From the human T2T-CHM13v2.0 reference genome, Homo sapiens, in the NCBI RefSeq assembly GCF_009914755.1, contig NC_060934.1: a stretch of DNA of 64,000 bases; one strand, written 5' to 3'. Below, piece by piece: positions 44,971 to 57,400 of the stretch (within the stretch, counting starts at the first letter, position 1; every line of letters begins with the position of its first letter). The notes under the pieces were generated by a model that was not told the origin of the DNA, searched no databases, and saw only the letters and a list, made by a program, of their open reading frames with translations. The translations under genes and the position numbers were made by a program.

Positions 44971-45908
44971 GTGGGAATGTGAATCCCGGGCCCCTGCAGG
45001 GCTATCTCGGTCCTGTGGTGCAGTGATTTGCTGAGCACGGGGTGTGCCCTGCATTGCTGGGGGCTGGGGTGGGAGTGGCTACAAAGTCATTTCTCATGGG
45101 AGGAACATTTCCCTGTTGTTTCTAAACTCTCAGGAAACTGTCTGATGTCTCTAAAGAAACCACTGTTGCCTGTGCTCGTGGAAAGCTGATTCAGGAAGGG
45201 GTCTGGGGAGTCTGGGATGTGGGTTTCCTGGGTGAGCGGTTGAGGGGCCTCTGTGGTGACTCTGAGCCTACAGGTCTTGCTGCTGCTGCCACTCCTGGGC
45301 TGTCAGGCGACGCCTGAGCCCTGGAGCCTGTGACTCTTGCCAGCCTGAGCAGTGCTTGCTCCCTGCGGCGTTGGCCCAGACTCTGTCTGGAGTGGGTGGT
45401 CTGGGGCCCTTGGCCGGGAGGTGCCTCCCTCGGCTGCCTCCATCTGAGGCCCTCCCTGCAGCTCTGCCCCCTACCCCTTGTGCCCTGCTCTCCTCCTCCC
45501 ACCCCCTCTGCTCTGTCTGCTGTCTGTTTCCAAGGGAACCTGAGTTGACATGGGGAGAAGCAGAATTAAGGGCTGTGAAGGCCCCGAGATGGGGTCCAGG
45601 TCCCGACTGCTGGCTTTGGGCTCTATCTGGGCACCCTGAGACTGTGTGAGGATGGCCGGGCTGCTGCTGAGGCCAACGCTGGGAGCTGAGTGCCCATGCA
45701 CCCCAGGGCTGTCCCCTCAGTGAGCCCAGCACCCATCCACCTCAGCTCTGGGGCTCATGGGAGGCACAGGCAGGCATGCAAGCGACAGCGGCCCAGGAAG
45801 TCACCAGGTGCTGCGAGAACGATGGAAAGAGGCCTGTGTGACAATGGGGGAAGGAGAGAGGGCTCAGGGGAGAGGGCTCAGGGGATGGGACTATGGACTC
45901 AGGGGAGG

Positions 45909-46315
45909 TGTCAGGCCTCTGAGCCCAAGCTAAGCCATCATATCCCCTGTGACCTGCAGGTACACATCCAGATGGCCAGTTTCTGCCTTAACTGATGACA
46001 TTCCACCACAAAAGAAGTGAAAATGGCCTGTTCCTGCCTTAACTGATGATGACATTACCTTATGAACGTCCTTCTCCTGGCTCATCCTGGCTCAAAAGCT
46101 CCCCTGCTGAGCACCTTGTGACTCCCACCCCTGCCTGCCAGAGAACAACCCCCCTTCTTCCTTTACCTACCCAAATCTTATAAAACAGCCCCACCCCTAC
46201 CTCCCTTCGCTGACTCTCTTTTTGGACTCAGCCCGCCTGCAACCAGGTGAAATAAACAGCCATGTTGCTCCCACAAAGCCTGTTTGGTGGTCCTTTCACA
46301 CGAACGTGCATGAAA
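45909..46315 (+). promoter_or_regulatory. 5' LTR7 (407 bp)
   Basis: Two copies of the CTGCCTTAACTGATGACATT-type repeat (the second has an extra TGA), TATAAAA at 46179-46185 and AATAAA at 46251-46256. Confidence 0.93.
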
Positions 46316-46317
46316 TT

Positions 46318-46335
46318 TGGTGCCGTGACTCAGAT
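46318..46335 (+). other. Primer binding site complementary to tRNA-His 3' end
   Basis: TGGTGCCGTGACTCAGAT versus the expected TGGTGCCGTGACTCGGAT (one CpG-type mismatch). The major splice donor-like CCA|GTAAGT is at ~46462. Confidence 0.92.
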
Positions 46336-47909
46336 CAGGGGACCTCCCTTAGGAGATCAATCCCCTGTCCTCCTGCTCTTTGCTCTGTGAGAAAGATCCA
46401 CCTACAACCTCGGGTCCTCAGACCGACCAGCCCAAGGAACATCTCACCAATTTTAAATCCAGTAAGTGGCCTCTTTTTTACTCTCTTCTCCAACCTCCCT
46501 CACTATCCCTCAACCTCTTTCTCCTTTCAATCTTGGCGCCACCCTTCAATCTCTCCCTTCTCTTAATTTCAATTCCTTTCATTTCTTGTAGAGACAAAGG
46601 AGACACATTTTATCCATTGACCCAAAACTCCGGCGCTGGTCACGGACTTGGGAAGGCAGCCTTCCCTTGGTGTTTAATCATTTATGGGGACGCCTCTCTG
46701 ATTATTCATCCATGTTCCATTGATGTCTGATCTCCGTGGGGAAGCCTGCCTTGGTCATTCACCCACGTTCCCTTGGTGGCAGGTCAATTGTGGGGACGCC
46801 TGCCTTGGCTGCTCCCCACAACCAATTCTCCATGCCTCTACCCTTCCCTTTAAACTTGCCTCCTTCACTATGGGCAACTTTCCACCCTCCATTCCTCCTT
46901 CTTCTCCCTTAGCCTATGTTCTCAGGAACTTAAAACCTCTTCAACTCTCGCCTGACCTAAAATCTAAGCGTCTTATTTTCTTCTGCAACACCACTTGGCC
47001 CCAGTACAAACTTGACAATGGCTCTAAATGACCAGAAAACGGCACTTTCGATTTCTCCATCCTACAAGATCTAAATAATTCTTGTCGTAAAATAGGCAAA
47101 CGGTCTGAAGTGCCTGACGTCCAGGCTTTCTTTCATACATCCCTAGTCTGTTCCCAATGCAACTCATCCCAAATCTTCCTTCTTTCCCTCCCCTCAGTCC
47201 CAATCCCAAGCGTTGCTGAGTCTTTCCTCTTTCCAATCTTCCTTTTCTACAGACCCATCTGACCCCTCCGCTCCTCCCCAGGCTGCTCCTCGCCAGACCG
47301 AGCTAGGTCCCAATTCTTCATCAGCCTCCGCTCCTCTACCCAATAATCCTTTTATCACCTCCCCTCCTCACACCTGGTCTGACTTACAGTTTCGTTCCGT
47401 GACTAGCTCTCCCCCACCTGCCCAGCAATTTCCTCTTAAAAAGGTGGCTGGAGCTAAAGGCATAGTCAGGGTTAATGCTCCTTTTCTTTACCCGACCTCT
47501 CCCAAATCAGTTAGCGTTTAGGCTCTTTTTCATCAAATATAAAAATCCAGCCCAGTTCATGGCTCGTTCGGCAGCAACCCTGAGATGCTTTACAGCCCTA
47601 GACCCTGAAAGGTCAAAAGGTCATCTTATTCTCAATATACATTTTATTACCCAATCCGCTCCCGACATTAAATAAAACTCCAAAAATTAAATTCCGGCCC
47701 TCAAACCCCACAGCAGGACTTAATTGTACACCTCGCCTTCAAGGTGTACAATAATAAAGTAGAGGCAGCCAAGTAGCAATGTATTTCTGAGTTGCAATTC
47801 CTTGCATCCACTGTGAGACAAACCCCCGCCATATCTCCAGCACGCAAGAACTGGAACGCCTGAACCGCAGCTGCCAGGATTTCCTCCAGGCCCGTTTCCC
47901 CGAGAAGCT

Positions 47910-49900
47910 TGCTACAAGTGCCAGAAATCTGGCCACCGGGCCAAGGAATGCCCGCAACCCAGGATTCCTCCTAAGCCGTGTCCCATCTGTGCAGGACCCC
48001 ACTGAAAATCAGACTGTTCAACTCACCTGGCTGCCACTCCCAGAGCCCCTGGAACTCTGGCCCAAGGCTCTCTGACTCCTTCCCAAATCTTCTCGGCTTA
48101 GCGCTTGAAGACTGACGCTGCCCGATCACCTCAGAAGCCTCCTGGACCATCACGGATGCTGAGCTTCGGGTAACTCACAGTGGAAGGTAAGTCCGTCCCC
48201 TTCTTCATCAATACGGAGGCCACCCACTCCACATTACCTTCTTTTCAAAGGCCTGTTTCCCTTGCCTCCATAACTGTTGTAGGTATTGATAGCCAGGCTT
48301 CTAAACCTCTTAAAACTCCCCAACTCTGGTGCCAACTTAGACAGTACTCTTTTAAGCAATCCTTTTAGTTATCCCCACCTGCCCAGTTCCCTTATTAGGC
48401 CGAGACACTTTAAATTATCTGCTTCCCTGACTATTCCCTGACTATTCATTGCCGCCTTTTCCCCCAGTTCAAAGCCTCCTTCACATCCTCCCCTTGTATC
48501 TCCCCACCTTAACCCACAAGTATAAGATACCTCTACTCCCTCCTTAGTGACCGATCATGCACCCCTCACCATCCCATTAAAACCTAATCACCCTTACCCC
48601 ACTCAATGCCAATATCTCATCCCACAGCATGCTTTAAAAGGATTAAAGTCTGTTATCACTCGCCTGCTACAGCATGGCCTTTTAAAGCCTATAACCTCCC
48701 CTTACAATTCCCCCATTTTACCTGTCCTAAAACCAGACAAGGCTTACAGGTTAGTTCAGGATCTGTGCCTTATCAACCAAATTGTTTTGCCTATCCACCC
48801 CTTGGTGCCAAACCCATATACTCTCCTATCTTCAACACCTCCCTCCACAACCCATTATTCTGTTCTGGATCTCAAACATGCTTTCTTTACTATTCCTTTG
48901 CACCCTTCATCCCAGCCTCTCTTCGCTTTCACTTGGACTGACCCTGACACCCATCAGGCTCAGCAAATTACCTGGGCTGTACTGCCGCAAAGCTTCACAG
49001 ACAGCCCCCATTACTTCAGTCAAGCCCAAATTTCTTCCTCATCTGTTACCTATCTTGTCGTAATTCTCATAAAAACACACGTGCTCTCCCTGCCAATCAT
49101 GTCCAGCTGATCTCTCAAACCCCAACACCTTCTATAAAACAACTCCTTTCCTTCCTAGGCATGGTTAGATACTTTCAACTTTAGATACCTGGTTTTGCCA
49201 TCCTAACAAAACCGTTATATAAACTCACAAAAGGAAACCTAGCTGACCCCGTAGATCCTAAATCCTTTCCCCACTCCTCTTCCACTTCCTTGAAGACAGC
49301 TTTAGAGACTGCCGCCACCCTAGCTCTCCCTGACTCATCCTGACCCTTTTCATTACCCACAGCTGAAGTGCAGGGCTGTGCAGTCGGAATTCTTACACAA
49401 GAGCCAGGACCGCGTCCTGTAGCCTTTCTGTCCAAACAACTTGACCTTACTGTTTTAGCCCAGCCCTCATGTCTGCATGCAGCGGCTGCCACTGCCTTAA
49501 TACTTTTAGAGGCCCTCAAAATCACAAACTATGCTCAACTCATTCTCTGCAGTTCTCATAACTTCCAAAATCTACTTTCTTCCTCATACCTGACGCATAT
49601 ACTTTCTGCTCCCCGGCTTCTTCAGCTATACTTACTCTTTGTTGAGTCTCCCACAATTACCATTGTTCCTGGCCTGGACTTCAATCCAGCCTCCCACATT
49701 ATTCCAGATACCACACCTGACCCTCATGACTGTATCTCTCTGATCCACCTGACATTCACCCCATTTCCCCATATTTCCTTCTTCCCTGTTCCTCACCTTG
49801 ATCACATTTAGTTTATTGATGGCAGTTCCACCAGGCCTAATCCCCACACACCAGGAAAGGCAGGCTATACTATAGTACAAGCCACCAGCCCTCCTCTTAG
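47910..49900 (+). pseudogene. HERV-H gag zinc knuckles, protease and pol (RT/RNaseH) remnants
   Basis: CYKCQKSGHRAKEC (47910-47951) and CPICAGPH*KSDC. Protease FFINTEATHS has NTE in place of DTG. RT motifs YRLVQDL, VLDLKHAFF and LPQSFTDSP are present but YxDD is missing. RPVAFLSKQLD follows. Multiple stops and frameshifts. Confidence 0.88.
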
Positions 49901-51113
49901 AACCTCTCATTTCCTTTCCGTTGTAGAAATCTATCCTCAAGGAAATCACCTCTCAGTGTTCCATCTGCTATTCTACTACTCCTCAGGGATTATTCAGGCC
50001 CCCTCCCTTCCCTACACATCAAGCACGGGGATTGGCCCCCGCCTAGGACTGGCAACTCTTAAGTCCCTCTTAGAGTGGATAGATGATCTTTGCTGGCAGA
50101 AGACCCTTCAATACTTTCACCCTGATGAAGTTCTATTCTTTCCCATTCTTAGGGCACCCTCTACCTCTCCCCAGCTATCTCCACCACACTATCAACCTTA
50201 CCCATTCTCTCCTAGCCGCTTCTAATCCCTCCTTAGCGAACATCCGCTGGCTTTGCATTTCCCTTTCTTCCAGCACCTACACAGCTGTACCCGCTTACAT
50301 GCAGACCGGGCAACATCTCTTGTCTCCCTACACTTCTGAACTTCCTTTAACAGCCCTCACCTTTACCCTCCTGAAGAACTCATTTACTTTCTAGACAGGT
50401 CCAGCAAGACCTCCCCAGACATTTCACATCAGCAAGCCACCGCCCTCCTCCGCACTTACTTAAAAAACCCTTCTCATTATATCAACTCTACTCCGCCCAT
50501 ATTTGGACCTCTCACGACACAAACTACTATTCCTGTGGCCACTCCGTTATGTATCTCTCAGCAAAGACCCACTGGAATTCCCCTGGGTAACCTTTCACCT
50601 TCTCGATGTTCCTTTCCTCCTCATCTCCAAAGCCCAACTACACACATCACAGAAACAATTAGAGCCTTCCAGTTCCGTATAACAGACAAGCCCTCTATCA
50701 ATACTGGCACACTTAAAAACCAGTAGTTATTGCTAGGAAGACACCCTGTATTTCACTCCATCCTTGGCTACCTTCCCCTTGCTCATCAGACTCTCCTCCC
50801 ATGCCCTCTTCTTGTTTACTTATACACAGCCCCGTAAATAACAGAGGTTGCTTGTAGACACTCGAACAAAACCGTATCCAGGCCATCACCAATAATTCTA
50901 CAGGACTATTCCACAATATCACCCCTTACCACAAAATCATCCTTCAGCTTAATCTCTCCCACTCTAGGTTTCCACGCCACCCCTAATCCTGCTTGAAGCA
51001 GCCCTGAGAAACATCGCCCATTATCTCTCCATACCACCCCCAAAAATTTTCGCCGCCCCAATACTTTACCACTATTTCGTTCTATTTTTCTTATTAATAT
51101 AAGAAGACAGGAA

Positions 51114-51465
51114 TGTCAGGCCTCTGAGCCCAAGCTAAGCCATCATATTCGCTGTGACCTGCAGGTACACATCCAGCTGGCTGGTTTCTGCCTTAACTGA
51201 TGACATTACTTTGTGAAATTCCTTCTCCTGGCTCATCCTGGCTCAAAAGCTCCCCTGCTGAGCACCTTGTGACCCCCACCCCTGCCCACCAGAGAACAGC
51301 CCCCCTTTTTCCTTTACCTACCCAAATCCTATAAAACGGCCCCACCCCCATCTCCCTTCGCTGATTCTCTTTTTGGACTCAGCCCACCTGCACCCAGGTG
51401 AAATAAACGGCCTTGTTGCTCACACAAAGCCTGTTTGGTGTCCCTTCACGGGTACGTGCATGAAA
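51114..51465 (+). promoter_or_regulatory. 3' LTR7 (352 bp)
   Basis: Same termini as the 5' LTR but only one CTGCCTTAACTGATGACATT copy. TATAAAA at 51330-51336 and AATAAA at 51402-51407. Confidence 0.93.
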
Positions 51466-52329
51466 AGAGGAGCCTCAGGGGATGTGACAATGGGCGAAGG
51501 AGAGGGGGCTCAGGGGAGAGGGATCGGGGAGCAGGGCCCTCCTGGGCATCCTTGGGATGGGGAAGGTGGCACCCCATGTGCTCTCCCACATCCCCTCTCC
51601 TCTCTCGGATGCACCTCTTTCCTTTCTCTGGTTCATTTAAACGTTGGCTTTTCCCAGTTGCCATCTCCTTTAGCTGACCCTGTCCTTTTTGGTGTAATGA
51701 TGAGTCCCAAAGGAAGGGGGCTCAGCCATCCTAATGGAGCCATTGTCTACCCCAGGGAGGCTGTAGGCTCTCTGCTTACAGAGCCACCTTCCCATGGGGA
51801 GCAAGACCCTCTAGCCTCTGAGCTCCATGGAGGTACCCAAGGCGGCACCAGCCCAGGAGGGCAGTGGAGCCCCTGCAGGCAGGTGACCCGATCCTCTCCA
51901 GCTTGCACCTCCCTGAGGGCTCCCACGAGGCTCCCATGTGTTCAGGAGTCTCCAACCACCAGGACATGATGCCCAGGTATGTGTCCCTCCCCTGGCTGCC
52001 CACCTCCTCCCACACAGTCGGGCTCTGCAGTCTTTCAATCAACTCTTCCCTGCCAGTCAGCCCACCGTGGTTTCTCCCTGTTTGGAACTAATAACAAACA
52101 CTCTTTTGTCACTCTTGCTGTGCTAAATCATAGACCTCTATTTTAATGAACAGTGTTCTGCGTCCTCCATCAGCCTAAAGCCCTTGGGGGCTGGGAGGAT
52201 GGAGCAGGCTGGAGTCTTGAGGATGAGCCCCAGCCCCACAGAAGCTGAGCTCTGCTGTCTGTAACTGTCCTCCCTGCTCCACCCCTCAGTGACTAGACTT
52301 TGGACGTGGGACTCAGGTCTCCGGAAACT

Positions 52330-52445
52330 CAACGTCCTTCTCTGTAAAACAGACCTCAAAAATTTTAAATGAGCGTTACTGTGCATGTAAAGCACGTAGA
52401 ATAATGTGTGACCCAGATTAAGTGCCTGGGAAATATTAGCTGCTA
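52330..52445 (+). mobile_element. MIR SINE fragment
   Basis: TCCTTCTCTGTAAAACAG...TTAAATGAG...GCATGTAAAGCACGTAGAATAATG...TAAGTGCCTGGGAAATATTAGCT. Confidence 0.65.
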
Positions 52446-52659
52446 ATGGCACTGTTGTTATCATCAGTAATCATGGCTGTGGAATAGAGACAAGTGGTGA
52501 AGCTTGGCTCACAGGCCCTGCTTAACTAATGGACAGTCATATTAACCATATTTGAAAATTCCAAACATGGTATTGGGAACCTATAGGCTTAAATACTTAT
52601 CAGTTACATATTACAATTTCACCTAACATGTTTTAGTAGGAAGTAGGGTGGCAGAAGCT

Positions 52660-52903
52660 ATTATATAAATGTATATCGTACATTGCATACATTGTATAAA
52701 CATACATTGTGATTGCATGTACATTGCATAATGTATGCTGTACATTGTATATATGTTGTGTAAACATATCACAATTGTATATACATTTTATACATATGTT
52801 ATAGAAATATATAGCATACATTGTATATACATTGTATACATGTATAGTGTATAAATGTATATCATACATTGTATTTACATTGTATAAATGCATAAATGTA
52901 TTG
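52660..52903. repeat. AT-rich degenerate (TACATTGTA/TA)n tract
   Basis: Recurrent TACATTGTATA / CATACATTG motifs. Confidence 0.85.
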
Positions 52904-54364
52904 TTAAGCATCTACAAAGCCTCTAGTGCCTCATTAAGGAAGGATTTTCTGAAAGTTTTTTTTTCCATGTGTAATGACAATGAGTGACCTCTCGCTCTTT
53001 TTCTGGCCGTCAGCACCTCTTTCACAGACCCAGGACACGAAGAAAGCCAGAAGGTTTGGGGATGGCTGGATCTGCAGGACTGTTTTTCCTTCCCTAAAAG
53101 AGCACCTTGCCTTCCTGCATGGACCACAGGATGGTGTGTGTGGCCACAAAACCCAGAAGGTGAGGTGCTGAAAGAAAGCAAGCTGCTGGGATCATTCCTG
53201 CTTCAAAGCAGGTGATGTGGCCACAGGCGCATGGGAAGAATGGTCCCAGAGACACAGGCAGCCAGCTGGGGTGGAAGGGCGTCCTGGGGACCCACCCCCT
53301 GGAGGGCTTCACAGAGAACAGAACCGCCTGGGGTGAGCTGGTGGAAAACAACAGAACTTCACACAGCCCCAACGATCCATTACCAGGACCCAGAACCTCA
53401 GCTTCAACGAGGCTCTGCTTGTCCCCAGTGACTGAAGCCTCCCAGGGCACTTAGCTGACCTGGGGATGATGGAGGGGAGTTGGGGCTTTCATGCTGGCCT
53501 TCCAGGGAAGCCTTAGGGCTGGCCCAAGTCTGGAGGAAAAGCTGCATGTAGGAGTGACACCATCTTAAAGCCCATTCTTTGGAAGCCATCATGATGAAAA
53601 ATGGCACACACTGTTCTTCAATCTCACCTCCCTCCAGCCTTCTCAAGCAAAGCAACAACAACACACTCATCACCACTTCTAAGACACGAGAACTAACTTC
53701 AAACAAGCCAATTGTGAAATCCTGATTTTTCTCCTTAAGTAAGTTATGGAATTATTGAAAACCATTAGGAAGGAAGGGCTGATTCCTACCTAACTGGTCT
53801 CTCTTCAGTCTTCTCCCTGAGTTACACACTGAGACCTTTGCCACGACAGAAATGACGTTCGTTTTAACCCCGGATTCCTGGGCTTTATGGTCAGGAGGGT
53901 TCTTCTAGGGCCCCCACTCACAGCAAGCCCTTTGTAATTTTACACGTAAGTGAAATCAACAGTGACTGTCTGCACAGGGGGTTAAAAGAGTTCCTGTCAG
54001 CAAAAGGGCAGAGACGTGAAACCGAACTCAGGACACTGCAAAGATGCTTGGCTCCTGGCCCACTTGTGATTATCCCTCCTCCATTCGATTTATTCACAAA
54101 GTGAGTGAGACTGAATGGCTGGTTTCTAGCCAGAGGGGACTTCAATATTTGAGTGAGGGAGACAGGAAAAGACCCAAAAATCGTTAGTGTCCCCACCCTA
54201 GGACACTGGCATATCCGTGACCTCTCTGAGTGCTCTGAGAAAAATGAGGGAGGTTGGTGGGCACAGTGGCAGACAGGTGGCTGCTGGAGTCTCCCTCTTC
54301 CCACGGGACCCTCCTGTCCCTGGCACCACAATCTCACCTCCTTTCTCACTTTTCAGTTGCAAGG

Positions 54365-54482
54365 AGGGATGCATGGTTTTTTTAGCAAATAAAATATAAG
54401 ACATCTGGTTAAATTTGAATTTCAGATAAATAATTACAATTTTTAAATGTAAGCTTGTCACTGTATTTTATCTGGTAACCCC
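54365..54482 (+). mobile_element. MER53-like hAT MITE, internally deleted
   Basis: TTTAGCAAATAAAATATAAGACATCTGGTTAAATTTGAATTTCAGATAAA joined to CTGTATTTTATCTGGTAACCC, matching both ends of the recalled MER53 consensus. Confidence 0.65.
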
Positions 54483-57400
54483 TTGCAAGGAGCCTGCAGA
54501 CCCCAAGCAAATGTCTTCCCTTAATCTAGAAAACACCTTCACCCAGGATGGGAGCGACATGAGCCATCAGGCCTTTTATTTGCTTTTAATATACTTTGGT
54601 GTGGGCATAAGTATCTTAAATAATTGAACCTGTAATTGCATCATAAAAACAATGATGCTAATACAAATAACAGCCAACAAGCATGGAGCGCGTACTCTAT
54701 TGTTGTAGACACACGAGCCCCAGAAAAACTCTGTGCAGAGGAGAAAACTGAGCCACAGACATGTTAGCAACTTGCTGAATTAAAGACCTTTTGGTAGGTC
54801 TCTGAAACGCTCACACAGGACAAGCAGGTTTTTCCTACGTTTGCACAAAGCTCTGCTGACTGTAAGTCTTTCTCTCTGGTGTAGATCTATATACACACAT
54901 ATGTGCATGTGCATCCTGCACAAATAGTGTGTGTGAGAGAGGAAGTAACAGAGAGAGAGACAGACAGAGAGAGAAGGAGAAAAAAATCACCCTGGACTTA
55001 GCTCTGGGCATCAAAGAAGTGGCTTCATCTTGACTTGCTGCCTCAACTGATTGAAGCAATCCCAATAATTGGTCATGATTTTTCTGCAAGGATTCAGCTG
55101 CGTATTTCTTGGTGTGGGGACAGAGGATGAACCCCTCAGGCTTTCCTCTCACTATGGTGTCTCTGGTGGGAACAGCTGGGGATGCAAAGCCATTATGATG
55201 TCGGATAGGAGAGAAACCTGCTGTGCCCTCAGCCCTTGAGGATTGCTTGGTGAGAATGCGGAGCCAGGTCCATCCCAGGAGGAAAAGGCCCAAACTCTAG
55301 GCAGCTTCTCCCAGGGACTTCACAGACACTTTTTATGTCTTGAATACCTGCATTCCCAGACCCAAACCCACAGTTCCCAGTTCAAACACCTGGTTCTAGT
55401 GCCTTTTCCGCTGCCCAGGGATGCCCCAGGTGCCACCGCTCCCAGTCTCTCCAAGTCTTTACGCAAATATAAAGAACTTCTCACTGGCAGGGAATAATTC
55501 TTACAAGGCTGTGTGGCAAATGGAAAGTTTTTTTTTTTCAGCAAAACAAAAACAAAGATTCTTTTAACATTTGTAGAAAGTCATTCAAGGAACTGTTTCT
55601 GAAGGCACTACTTTGGAGTTTGGACTGAGTGTGGGAGAGTGCGGGGTGAGGGTGTGTGGACAACAGGGTGTCTTTGCCTGACATGAAAATTTAAAAAACA
55701 AAGAAATAAAGGGGGTACTTGAGGGTGAAAGATAAACTCACAAACAAGTCAATAAACTTCCTTTTCAGAGTTACTGAGCACACAGGTGACTTTTACTGAT
55801 TTATTTATTTTTACTGGCATTATAGTTTACTTTATTCTCCTTTCTAAATAGTTTTCACAGAAAGAAAATGCTGAAAAGCATTCCTTTATGGTTGCGTTTT
55901 TGCTTAGGAATTCTTTTGATGCTAGGGGTGGGGAGCAAACTGAAGAGAGATGTAGGTTTTGTGATTTTATCATTTTTTATGATGATGCCTCCAGGTAGCA
56001 CATATTTATATCCTGACACAGTCTTGTTCTTACTTCTGAGTACCCAGTTAACCTAGAGGAGTCTTGAGTGGACTGCAGATGAGGAGAGCATGAGGGGTTT
56101 GCAATGAGCCAGGCAGGTGCACCTGAGCAGGCACTGCCCCTATCAGCTGATACTCATGGAGAGGAGACTGGCCTGCAAACCCTCTGCCAGTACTGTAAAC
56201 CCTACATGTTTAGGTCTGGTGTGAGTTCTAAGGAATCTGATAAATGCCTGCTTTTGTCACTCTGGCTGACTCGGATCCCATGAAGCTGATGGGTTAGATG
56301 AGTCTGATCCTGAGAAACACCCCCGGGTGCAGGAAATAGTGAAAATCAGATACGAAGAAGCCACACCTGTGATTTTAATCTTTATGAAAATATCATGCTT
56401 CTGAACTTCCTCTTTCAAAATTCGGATGACACACAAGTCTATCGTACGTCATCTTTACCACTGGAGGGTGGCTTCACGTGTTTATAAGGAAGCTGATATT
56501 GTGAATCCCAACCTCCACCACAACGCTCACCCTTACAGACACACTATTGCAGGTCTCCGAGGGCCTTTGGGAGGCCCTGCTTCCTGCGAGCTGTCCCGGC
56601 AGGACAGAGCCTCTTCCCGCCGCGGCCCTGCCATTCCAGGCTGAGGCTGTGAGCAGCACCATGACAAGCTCCAGCCGCAGTGGCTCTCAACAGTGTGGGT
56701 CTCTGACCACCCGACGAGCTGGAAGTGCAGACCGCTGACCTCCCTTGAGAACCTACTGGGTTCTTGCAGTAGGCTCCTCAGCGGTGTCTAAACACGCCAC
56801 TCAGATGATTCTATGCACCATCACATTGGAAACTTTTTTCATTGACTGTTACTTAATGAGAAGACTTCCCTCCGGGATGGTTCTGAAGCTTCCTTCATAG
56901 GAGCAAGCCTTTGGCGGAGAGCACTGAGCAGACGTGCAGCATCTTTGCTGGCTTCTACCGAAACACCATGGATCCAGACGTGGTTTTGTGGTCCTGCACG
57001 TGGAAGCCAGCCCTGCGTGGGGTGAGCCTGGGACTGTGGGCAGAGAACCTCAAGCACCGGGCCGGCACCCAAGTGCAGAGACTGCATCGTCCCAGCAGGA
57101 GGCGCTGCTTCCAGGCTCCCTGGACGGACTCCGGGAGGGCGGCCTTTCCCCCCAGCCCCAGAGGTGGGCCTGCCCTTTTCCGAGCATGGGACACAGCCCA
57201 GGAAAACGCATGGCTTGTCCTCCAGACACAGGTGCTAACAGGGCCGTCAGACAAGGGCCAGGGACTCAGGCTTTTAGGAATTTCAGCTCCAGAGCCACCA
57301 TGCAGTGGGACCAGGGGTCTGCGTGGACAGGAAGCAAGCTGTGTAGACGGGGGTCCATGAAGTAGAGACAGGGTTTTGGGGAAGGTTGGGGCAGGGCAAG

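Larger units (their letters stand above)
45909..51465 (+). mobile_element. HERV-H provirus, common internally deleted ~5.6-kb form, antisense to ADARB2
   Basis: Two LTR7s (TGTCAGGCCTCTGAGCCCAAGCTAAGC...GCATGAAA), a tRNA-His primer binding site, gag zinc knuckles, pro/pol/env remnants and a polypurine tract AAGAAGACAGGAA (51101-51113). The 5-bp TSD is GGAGG (45904-45908) / AGAGG (51466-51470). Confidence 0.96.

Noticed and set aside
48547-49811. Functional HERV-H pol, or an env/syncytin-like gene further downstream
   Set aside because: The YxDD region is deleted, the protease active site is mutated, and env is only fragmentary with stops.
54365-54482. MER53-derived miRNA hairpin (miR-1302-like)
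   Set aside because: Most of the second palindromic arm is deleted, so the long hairpin cannot form.
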